Counted from the first letter of the stretch, positions 26,365-33,785 are shown. The stretch is DNA of 46,559 nucleotides from Bacteroidota bacterium (GCA_017428585.1 JAFRQN010000154.1:1-46559); one strand, 5' to 3'. The notes: generated from the sequence alone by a model not told the origin. Numbers and translations: made by a program.

Positions 26365-29259
26365 ATGGATTTTATATTTCAAACATACAAAAGACAGGAG
26401 ACTAATTTTGGCAATAAGTATATTTGTTTTATTGTATCCAAAGATTTAAAACATTTATATGCGGGTGGCAATAACTACATACAAACAAATATATTTCAAT
26501 TATCATCTATAAAAAAAGATTTGGAAAACAGCAAAGGTGGTTTTGTTAGTGATTCTGTTTCTTTTTCGTGCATAGATTACGAAGATATGTACACATTAAG
26601 CAGCGGCAATTTAATTGCAAACAACGATGCTAAATGTATTCATTTTATACTACAAAATATAGAAAAGTGTTTTTGCAGTATATTCATGAGCAATGAAAAT
26701 TTTATAATTAATAATGGTATAAACTACAATGAGCTTATAGAAGATAATTTATTATATTTAGGCAAGTTAGACGCAAAAACAACAAGTACGGATTTGAAAT
26801 GGTTGTATAATGAATATTCAAGCGACCGCCGACCATCCAAAGAATATAAATTTAATAGTAAAAGTTTAGATGCCTCACTATTGGAGGATTGTTTATTCAA
26901 TGGCAGTATTCAAGATATACGCGGGTATGATATAAAAAACGTATATGAAAGATTTGTAGAAAGTGAAGACTCGGCAGGTAATGCGTATTCTATGTTTACT
27001 AATTATTGCAAATATAGATTGTTTCATTTGCAAAAAGGAAACGACCGAGTATTATATCCATCTTTTACGTATGGAATGATTAATTTATATGAATGTTTAA
27101 GAATATATTTAGAAACTTGTCAAGATTTAATAAATGAAAAGTATAATTTAACTGATGATGATTGTATAAGCATAGTTTTAGATAATACTACATATAATGA
27201 CACAAAATTAAAAGGTATAACGTGCAATTATAACGTAAAACATAAAGCAGGCACAAAAAACTATTTAAGGTGCGTGGACGCAATAGAAGCTACAAACAAA
27301 CAATATGAATTATATATTACAGATGATGCAACAATAGATATATTAAATGCGGGTCATACTATATCAAGTAGAAATTCTGCTGCAGCTTTGTATATCCATA
27401 GAGGTATGATTTCAGGCGAGTTGATGAATGAAATTTGGCTTGGCTACACTTCTACAGATGGAACATATAGAAAAACATTAAAAGAAATAAAATTATTATT
27501 AGAAACTAATTCAGAAACTTTAACTGATGATGATAAAAAAGCAATAGAAGATTATCAAAAGAAATTAAATTATTCTAATTATTCAGACAGCTTATCATTT
27601 GAAAAGTTATATAAAAATATGTTAGAATTATTGAATGCAGTTACACAAAGTTTAGGATTAAAACTAATAATAAAATTTACTGATCCTAATACAATTACAG
27701 TTTATCTAAAAAATAGAAGCCAGTTGTCAAGCAAGGCAATAAGTTTCAAGAGTTCTACAAGTTCAAATACAAATTATTCTTATAATTTAGGAAGTACTGA
27801 TTATAAACATTACACACAAACGACCGTTAATACTTTTGGTGGTTTTAACAATTTGCGCATTCAGCCAGACGCAGGCTACATTCCACAGGAAAAACTATAT
27901 ACGAATGAAACTGAGTATTTATTTTTTACAAACAAAGTTTTTGCAGACAGCAAAGTGATGTATGAAAAGTCGGACAGACTTCAAACAGACGAATTGATTA
28001 GGCAAATAGACAAAGACAAACGAAAAATAGAAGCAATTTATAATTGTTTCAGCGTTACGCATCCGCCTATGCTTACATACGATGAGAACTATTTTTCATT
28101 TAGGCGAAGCGTATTAAATGATAAGTCAGTATTTATTAATGTAACAGATAGTATTTCAAATAGTTTAACTGAGTATGCAGAAGATTATTATTATAATTTT
28201 CATTGGGGATTTTATCAATCAATAGATTTTGAAGGTTATATATTAGAGGGTTTGACTTGTGAATATTTGCTTACTAATCTATTTATAAGAGCGAAAGCGT
28301 CTTATTTTACTGATACTTACACTGATAATTACGGCGAGCTTATAGATGTAGAAAGCACCGACAAGGCAGGTTTGTATTTTACGCGCCCTTTGGTTGGAAT
28401 AAATGCAAATATCAATAATAATACTAAATGTTATACTACATTACATGATTATTTAAATGATATATACGCATTAGATGCTTCAACATATACAACCGAAATT
28501 GATTTAGATATTCCTTACTGGTCAGCTTTTAGACAGGTTCTAAGCAACACAAATATAGATGTTTTAGATATATCAATGTGTGATTTAATAACATTAAAAA
28601 ATTATACAATAGATGCTAATAATGTATTAGTATCAACAGATGCTACATATTGTATAACTTCTATTGAAATTGATTTAACAAGACCATACGTAAAAATGAA
28701 ATTACAGAACAATAGTAAATTAGGTATGTATGATGTTAGTTTAGAATATGAGCCTGTTATAATTGAAGATAATAACAATTTTGATGTATCAAATAAGAAT
28801 ATACAAGTATATGAGGCGGGTTCGCCAATCACGAAAGGTTATGCCGTGAGGTCATACATAGATAATAGGGACGTTTCAGTTGTAGAAATTGCAGAGTCTA
28901 TATTTGATGATTACAAAGTAAACAACATAATAGGAATTGCTTTAAACGATGCTTTAACTGGTGAGTTAGTAAACATTGCAACAGGCGGTGTGGTTAATGT
29001 TGATTTTGGAAATTCGCCATGCGAAATTGGAAAAGAATTATTTGTTAGATATGGTGCAGGCGGTGTTCTTCCTGCCGACCATACAGGCAATATTGGTTAT
29101 GCAAATAGTAAATTAAATATATCATATCAAGATATTATTACAGCAAAAGACAATAACAATTTGATACAAGACGAAAATTTATATGCTAAAATTGGTTTTG
29201 TAAAAAACAAAAATTCAATAGAAATTAATATATTAGAATACAAATACGAAGGAGAATAA
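26365..29259 (+). CDS. Large tail / baseplate-associated protein with a C-terminal DUF2190-like domain
   Basis: 964 aa. The last ~130 aa (YEAGSPITKGYAV...IGIALNDALTGELV...) align by eye with the 19552 decoration protein. Confidence 0.5.
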   Translation: MDFIFQTYKRQETNFGNKYICFIVSKDLKHLYAGGNNYIQTNIFQLSSIKKDLENSKGGFVSDSVSFSCIDYEDMYTLSSGNLIANNDAKCIHFILQNIEKCFCSIFMSNENFIINNGINYNELIEDNLLYLGKLDAKTTSTDLKWLYNEYSSDRRPSKEYKFNSKSLDASLLEDCLFNGSIQDIRGYDIKNVYERFVESEDSAGNAYSMFTNYCKYRLFHLQKGNDRVLYPSFTYGMINLYECLRIYLETCQDLINEKYNLTDDDCISIVLDNTTYNDTKLKGITCNYNVKHKAGTKNYLRCVDAIEATNKQYELYITDDATIDILNAGHTISSRNSAAALYIHRGMISGELMNEIWLGYTSTDGTYRKTLKEIKLLLETNSETLTDDDKKAIEDYQKKLNYSNYSDSLSFEKLYKNMLELLNAVTQSLGLKLIIKFTDPNTITVYLKNRSQLSSKAISFKSSTSSNTNYSYNLGSTDYKHYTQTTVNTFGGFNNLRIQPDAGYIPQEKLYTNETEYLFFTNKVFADSKVMYEKSDRLQTDELIRQIDKDKRKIEAIYNCFSVTHPPMLTYDENYFSFRRSVLNDKSVFINVTDSISNSLTEYAEDYYYNFHWGFYQSIDFEGYILEGLTCEYLLTNLFIRAKASYFTDTYTDNYGELIDVESTDKAGLYFTRPLVGINANINNNTKCYTTLHDYLNDIYALDASTYTTEIDLDIPYWSAFRQVLSNTNIDVLDISMCDLITLKNYTIDANNVLVSTDATYCITSIEIDLTRPYVKMKLQNNSKLGMYDVSLEYEPVIIEDNNNFDVSNKNIQVYEAGSPITKGYAVRSYIDNRDVSVVEIAESIFDDYKVNNIIGIALNDALTGELVNIATGGVVNVDFGNSPCEIGKELFVRYGAGGVLPADHTGNIGYANSKLNISYQDIITAKDNNNLIQDENLYAKIGFVKNKNSIEINILEYKYEGE

Positions 29260-29261
29260 AT

Positions 29262-29636
29262 ATGAATATCTATTTATCTACAAATGCAAACAATAGTTCG
29301 CCAGAATTATTTAAATGTTTAAGAAAATATACAAATGAAATAGAGTCTGCTTCAGATACGAGCACCTGCTTAGATGGTACAATAGTAAAACATATAAAGT
29401 ATTATCATAGAAAACACAATATAACTATTGGTGCAGATGTATTAAGCAATAATAGTAAACTTAATTACTTAAATAGTTTTTTGGTTTCGCCGATAAAAAA
29501 ATTATCTTTTGATGGTACAAATTATGTAAATGTGATTATGAATTCTGAAACATTAAATTTATCATACGTTGATAATTTAGATTTTTTAAGAGAAGCTACA
29601 ATTACATTTATAGAAACAAATGCGGGAGGAAATTAG
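29262..29636 (+). CDS. Hypothetical tail-module protein
   Basis: 124-aa ORF with GGAG upstream. Confidence 0.5.
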   Translation: MNIYLSTNANNSSPELFKCLRKYTNEIESASDTSTCLDGTIVKHIKYYHRKHNITIGADVLSNNSKLNYLNSFLVSPIKKLSFDGTNYVNVIMNSETLNLSYVDNLDFLREATITFIETNAGGN

Positions 29637-29637
29637 A

Positions 29638-30258
29638 ATGAGTTTAGTATTAGATAAAATAAAAGGCAGTATGCTTTTATTGCCTATAACGTCAGTTCGT
29701 TTTTATTCTGATCCAGTAATTTCAAATAACACAATAACAGGCTACACAAATGATTTAACTATTTTGTATCCAGAACAGGAGAGCAGTTATTTATTTACGA
29801 AATTAGGCAATAAAAACAGCAAAGGAACATACGTAAATTATGGTTGGAATTTTGAATTGATTGTTTACGTTCCTAATAACAATTTTTATAAAGATACAAC
29901 AGAAGCTCAATTAAATGGTTTAGGTTATGATATGTTATTAGAATTAAAAAAACTAATGAATTATGGTAGTTGTTTATTAGATTTAAGACTTGGCAATGTT
30001 CCTGATGGTTCTCAATCATTAGTTGATGAGACTTTGCCTATGGGCGACCAAGAAGCGCCAACAAATATAAACTTTTCATTGCTTAGAAAAATTATAATTA
30101 AAAATGGTTCTATTGGTTATGATGTAGAACATACTGAAATACGTCCGCGCACAAAAATAACATATAATGCTTTTATTACAGATTTAACTAATAGTAATGA
30201 AATAGAATACACAGGCACGAAATATGTAGACAATGAAGAGCCAGAAGAAACTACATAA
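29638..30258 (+). CDS. Hypothetical tail-module protein
   Basis: The track start is 29620. The ATG at 29638 (MSLVLDK) follows GGGAGG and lies 2 nt after the upstream stop. Confidence 0.5.
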   Translation: MSLVLDKIKGSMLLLPITSVRFYSDPVISNNTITGYTNDLTILYPEQESSYLFTKLGNKNSKGTYVNYGWNFELIVYVPNNNFYKDTTEAQLNGLGYDMLLELKKLMNYGSCLLDLRLGNVPDGSQSLVDETLPMGDQEAPTNINFSLLRKIIIKNGSIGYDVEHTEIRPRTKITYNAFITDLTNSNEIEYTGTKYVDNEEPEETT

Positions 30259-30494
30259 AAATACGTTTTATTTTTGATTTAAGAGCATTTTGTTATTTAT
30301 CTAATAAAATATATCAAAAAAGAATAAAAATTGAATGTATGCAAAATAAACAATAAATTTTTACGTTTTAGAATAATTGCAACAATAATAACAAAAATTT
30401 TTAATAAAATTAAAAAATAATTTTATTTTTAATTAAAAAATTGTTATTTTTGTATATAACTAATTAACAATTTTTATTAACTATACTAAAAAAT

Positions 30495-30517
30495 CCTGCC
30501 GCGTTTGGAGGGGTAGG
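30495..30517 (+). ncRNA. Conserved-loop hairpin HP1
   Basis: CCTGCC-GCGTTTGGAGG-GGTAGG. Confidence 0.6.
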
Positions 30518-30762
30518 CTGAATAAACATTTAATTTTAATAATCTGTTTTTTTTGATTTATATTTCATCAACATTGAATGCTTAGAATAAAATAGCTTAA
30601 ATTCTTTTTAGGTTATGAAAGTATTTTGAAGTAATATGAAAGATATTAGAAAAGACTAAGAGATGTTTATAAGGAAGATTTTTAATAACAATAGTAAATT
30701 AGTTGTGTGTGTGAAAATAGTCAGGCGCAGTGAGTATCTGCGCCTATTATTCCACAAAATAT

Positions 30763-30837
30763 CGCGGGGTGGTGTAATTGGTAAACACGCGAGGCTGTGT
30801 ACCTTGTTAGCTGGGAGTTCGAGTCTCCCCCCTGCTA
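30763..30837 (+). tRNA. tRNA-like gene 1, anticodon position GTG (His-like), atypical
   Basis: Hand-folded cloverleaf: D arm GTGT/ACAC with a GG loop, anticodon stem CGAGG/CCTTG with loop CTGTGTA, T arm GGAG-TTCGAGT-CTCCC. C1xT72 mismatch, T at position 37, no encoded CCA. Confidence 0.55.
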
Positions 30838-30873
30838 CGAATTTAATTAATGATTGTTTAATAAATATAAAAT

Positions 30874-30896
30874 CCTGCCGTGTGCGGAGGGGCAGG
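30874..30896 (+). ncRNA. Conserved-loop hairpin HP2
   Basis: CCTGCC-GTGTGCGGAGG-GGCAGG. Confidence 0.6.
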
Positions 30897-31038
30897 TGTA
30901 TTGAGTTATAATAACATTAATTATTTTTTTTAGACATAAATAATCAAATAATTCTTCAATTTAATATCATACTAATTTTAGTATGATATTTTTTTTATTC
31001 TGCAATAAGAATTATTTTGTAATTAATTAAAAAAGTAT

Positions 31039-31261
31039 TATTTTTGTATTGTCTTTAGACATTAGGTTTGATAGGTTTAATGTAACGACAACACAACATG
31101 ATAAGGAGAATGCTTAGGAGGGTCGGCGTTCTCCTTTATTTATTTATAACATAGCGGGGTGATGTAATTGGTAAACATAGCAGGGTGGTTGCTTGCTTAT
31201 TGTAGGTTCGAATCCTTCCTCCGCAACAAAAAATTTACTTTGTATTTTAATAAAAAAGAAT
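31039..31261 (+). ncRNA. Noncoding unit b carrying tRNA-like 2
   Basis: -7 box at 31039-31046, stem AAGGAGAA/TTCTCCTT at 31103-31136, then the tRNA-like gene. No hairpin terminator before the next promoter. Confidence 0.4.
31153..31226 (+). tRNA. tRNA-like gene 2, anticodon position GGT (Thr-like), atypical
   Basis: Same 5' half as gene 1 (GCGGGGTGnTGTAATTGGTAAACA). Anticodon stem GCAGG/CTTGC with loop GTGGTTG, T loop TTCGAAT. A1xA72 mismatch, one T-stem mismatch, T at position 37. Confidence 0.5.
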
Positions 31262-31425
31262 TAATTTTGTAGTATAATTAAATTATGTTTAACTAATTAA
31301 AATCGCGCCGTGTTTGGAGGGGCGCGTGGTTTGGTTTGACATACTATCTACCTATAAAAATTTATTATAAAATTAACTTTTTGTTTTAATTAAATATCAT
31401 ACTATTCCAGTATGATATTTTTTTA
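31262..31425 (+). ncRNA. Noncoding unit c with hairpin HP3
   Basis: -7 box at 31262-31269, GTTTAACTAATTAA box, HP3, and terminator at 31394-31425. Confidence 0.55.
31304..31326 (+). ncRNA. Conserved-loop hairpin HP3
   Basis: CGCGCC-GTGTTTGGAGG-GGCGCG. Confidence 0.6.
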
Positions 31426-31466
31426 TTATAGAATAAGAATTATTTTGTAATTAATTAAAAATGTAT

Positions 31467-31643
31467 TATTTTTGTATTACAATTAATTTAATATGTTTAA
31501 CTAACTAAATTCGTACCGTGTTTGGAGGGGTACGTGTGTTGGTGTTTGGATAAACATAACTACCTGTTAATATTATTTAGTTTTATTAAATTAGAATTTT
31601 CTTGAATTTCCTTAAGATGGATAAATAATTTATCCATCTTTTT
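31467..31643 (+). ncRNA. Noncoding unit d with hairpin HP4
   Basis: -7 box at 31467-31474, GTTTAACTAACTAA box, HP4, and terminator at 31615-31643. Confidence 0.55.
31512..31534 (+). ncRNA. Conserved-loop hairpin HP4
   Basis: CGTACC-GTGTTTGGAGG-GGTACG. Confidence 0.6.
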
Positions 31644-31797
31644 ATATTAGAATTCCCAAAACAAAAGGTGCAGGTGGTTGCTCTTCTGCATCTATAAAAT
31701 ATAATTTTTCATATTTATAATAAAATTAAATTATTAAAAATAGTATTAGACTTATTTTTATTCTTTAGCAATAGATTAAAATTCTATTGCTTTTTTT
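31644..31797 (+). ncRNA. Noncoding segment e with an anticodon-arm-like hairpin
   Basis: TGCAG-GTGGTTGCTCTT-CTGCA at ~31670-31691, and terminator AGCAATAGA/TCTATTGCT+T6 at 31767-31797. No canonical promoter seen. Confidence 0.3.
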
Positions 31798-31822
31798 ATT
31801 TTGTTATTGATTAAAAATATAT

Positions 31823-32023
31823 TATTTTTGTATATAAATTTTTTCGTAATTAACAATTTTTTTAACTATTAATTTCCTTGTAATAGGGACTTCTTACAGA
31901 AGAGTTATACGTAGAAAAAGAATATAACTAATGGTAGAATTAAAGTGTTAAAGAAAAATTTTGTAATGTAGTAAAAAAAAGAAAAAAGGGATGTTAGAGA
32001 GGTTTTATGCCTCTCTTTTTTTT
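31823..32023 (+). ncRNA. Noncoding unit f
   Basis: -7 box at 31823-31830 and terminator AGAGAGG/CCTCTCT+T7 at 31996-32023. Only ORFs of 6 codons or fewer. Confidence 0.45.
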
Positions 32024-32066
32024 CTAAAAATTTACAAAAAAATTTTATTTTTAATTAAAAAATTAT

Positions 32067-32478
32067 TATTTTTGTAATATATTTGATTTTCAAATTGACT
32101 GATTCATAAGAGGTGGTTGTTACAGCTCGCCGCCTCTTATACTGGCAATAATTATTATTTATTGTATAGATTATAACTTAAAAATTGCGTTCCTTTTTTA
32201 TTTAAGTTATCATTGTTTACAGCTCACTTTATGAAATTTTTTGGCTGGTTCATGTGTGAGTTAATGAAAAAGAAAAAGAGACAAGTTTTTTTTGTGTTTC
32301 CTCTTATTTAGCTTGTCTCTTATCTTTTAACTAAGACAGCAATATTTTTTTAATTCTTATATAATCTTTAAATAATTTTTTCATATACTTTTAACATTAT
32401 TTGTTTATAAAAATTTATTTTTTGATATACTTTTGATTTTTTCATGGATAACAGAACCTATTTAGGTTCTGTTTTTTT
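32067..32478 (+). ncRNA. Noncoding unit g (or micropeptide unit)
   Basis: -7 box at 32067-32074, 11-bp stem at 32106-32140, 10-bp stem at 32276-32321, terminator at 32451-32478. Contains a 26-codon ORF at 32231-32311. Confidence 0.4.
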
Positions 32479-32523
32479 ATGCAATAAGAATAAAAATTAT
32501 TTTGTTTTTAATTAAAATTTTTG

Positions 32524-32776
32524 TATTTTTGTATTACAATTAATTAACATTTTTTTTTACAAATAATTTTTTATATTTCTATTAAATCTATACATAAATA
32601 TATTTTAATATGTTATTTGATATCCTGCTTTATCTATTACTCAGTGCCAATTAAATAAGTTTATCATAATAGAAAAGCAAAAAATGTTATTAAATGTAGT
32701 TAATATATATAAAATCATCCAGAATAATAATGAGCAACAGAATTATTAAAAAAATTTAATAATTCTGTTTTTTTAT
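32524..32776 (+). ncRNA. Noncoding unit h
   Basis: -7 box at 32524-32531 and a 12-bp-stem terminator at 32736-32776. Only ORFs of 14-21 codons. Confidence 0.4.
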
Positions 32777-32791
32777 TTGCTCCAGAATTTA

Positions 32792-32901
32792 TATTTTTGT
32801 ACAATAATTAACTATTTATTCAAAATTTCAATAAAATGGTTTAATTTTTGATTCAGTATTATTTATATATCTTCAAGCAGGATGCCTCTCCTGCTTTTTT
32901 T
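32792..32901 (+). ncRNA. Noncoding unit i (~95 nt)
   Basis: -7 box at 32792-32799 and terminator AGCAGGA/TCCTGCT+T6 at 32876-32901. The only ATG opens a 2-codon ORF. Confidence 0.5.
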
Positions 32902-32935
32902 ATATAAAAAGTTTTGTTATTTGAAATAAAATTAT

Positions 32936-33094
32936 TATTTTTGTATATAATTATTTTTGTTTAACTAATTAAATAATAATTGCTTATCAATTTTATTTAT
33001 TTAACTCTCAAATTATATAAAGACTTAAACATAAATAATTGCAAGTGTTCGGCTAATTGGAAATTTAGGGAAGCAAAAACTTCCCTTTTTTTTT
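32936..33094 (+). ncRNA. Noncoding unit j (~140 nt)
   Basis: Tandem -7 boxes at 32936-32943 and 32952-32959, GTTTAACTAATTAA box, terminator GGGAAG/CTTCCC+T9 at 33068-33094. No ATG in the unit. Confidence 0.5.
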
Positions 33095-33114
33095 GATATT
33101 TATTAAAAATTTAT

Positions 33115-33193
33115 TATTTTTGTTTACAAGATATAGATTCATTGAAGTAAAAAGGAAAATTTGAAGCAATAATTTTATATTATTGCTTTTTTT
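33115..33193 (+). ncRNA. Noncoding unit k (~65 nt)
   Basis: -7 box at 33115-33122 and terminator AGCAATAAT/ATTATTGCT+T6 at 33165-33193. No ATG. Confidence 0.5.
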
Positions 33194-33218
33194 ATTTGTA
33201 AATAATCCAGGAAATATA

Positions 33219-33301
33219 TATTTTTGTACTGCCTTTATAAAAATATAAATTTTAATAGCTCTGATAAGATGGGACGGTATGCCTAACCGTCCCAATTTTT
33301 T
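33219..33301 (+). ncRNA. Noncoding unit l (~70 nt)
   Basis: -7 box at 33219-33226 and hairpin GGGACGG/CCGTCCC followed by AATTTTTT at 33271-33301. Confidence 0.45.
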
Positions 33302-33316
33302 AAAATTTTCGGCTTC

Positions 33317-33625
33317 CCAAGACCGAGACTGGTTCGCGGCACTCGTGGAAACCATCAGTCGTATGCATCCGATACGAGACTACTTAAAAGCGCCGGGTCT
33401 ATACCTTCTGCATTACACGTCTATACTCGATACTACTAAAAAACATCGAATTTTTTGGGTCTCCAAGACCGAGACCGGTTCGCGGCGAGCGCGGTTTCAT
33501 CCCCCTTCTCATCCGAGACTCGGTGTTACCCGAGACTTCTTAAAAGCGCGGTTCTTGACTTCCTGCAATACTAAGATTTACTGGATACTACTAAAAAGCA
33601 TCGAAAAAATGCCAAAAAATCCGAA
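33317..33625. repeat. GC-rich island A: two tandem ~150-bp repeat units plus a partial third
   Basis: CCAAGACCGAGACyGGTTCGCGGC at 33317 and 33463. GAGACTwCTTAAAAGC at 33376, 33532 and 33703. GATACTACTAAAAArCATCGAA at 33429 and 33584. Confidence 0.7.
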
Positions 33626-33640
33626 AAAATGGGTCAAAAA
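33604..33640. other. Four helically phased A-tracts (predicted intrinsic DNA bend)
   Basis: A6 at 33604, 33614 and 33624, and A5 at 33636, giving a 10-12 bp period. Confidence 0.6.
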
Positions 33641-33650
33641 TTGTGGTTGT

Positions 33651-33670
33651 CCCCCCCCCGCACCCCCCCC
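33651..33670. repeat. Paired homopolymers C9-GCA-C8
   Basis: CCCCCCCCCGCACCCCCCCC. Slippage-prone, with G-quadruplex / i-motif potential. Confidence 0.7.
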
Positions 33671-33785
33671 AAGTTTTTTCAAAAAAAGTCCCGCTGTTGC
33701 CCGAGACTTCTTAAAAGCAGTATTTCTATACTCTCTGCGAAACTATACTTAAAAATAAGACTTTGCTATACTTAAAGAATATACC

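Larger units (their letters stand above)
30445..30997 (+). ncRNA. Noncoding unit a: hairpin HP1, tRNA-like 1, hairpin HP2
   Basis: -7 box at 30445-30452 and terminator ATATCATACT-aatttt-AGTATGATAT+T8 at 30964-30997. No credible ORF. Confidence 0.5.

Noticed and set aside
30663-30911. 82-aa ORF in the small-RNA array
   Set aside because: It reads straight through a perfect 8-bp hairpin, tRNA-like gene 1 and hairpin HP2. It has no promoter-proximal start context.
30763-31226. Suppressor tRNAs and stop-codon recoding
   Set aside because: The anticodon positions read GTG and GGT, not CTA, TCA or TTA. All large genes, including the 1909-aa tape measure and the 964-aa tail protein, are open under the standard bacterial code.
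30495-31534. CRISPR array or solitary CRISPR-repeat mimic as an explanation for the repeated hairpins
   Set aside because: The copies are 200-400 bp apart at irregular spacing, and their stems differ in sequence. Each sits in its own promoter-terminator unit. No cas genes or leader are present. HP3 has a loose resemblance to GC-rich type I-C-like repeats, but the other copies do not share it.
33279-33752. 157-aa ORF spanning GC island A
   Set aside because: It starts inside a terminator hairpin. Its apparent internal repeats come from DNA repeats that fall in different reading frames (SQDRDW versus SKTETG). It runs through the C9/C8 homopolymers (CPPPAPPP). Its composition is unlike every confident gene here, and GC-rich sequence simply lacks stop codons.
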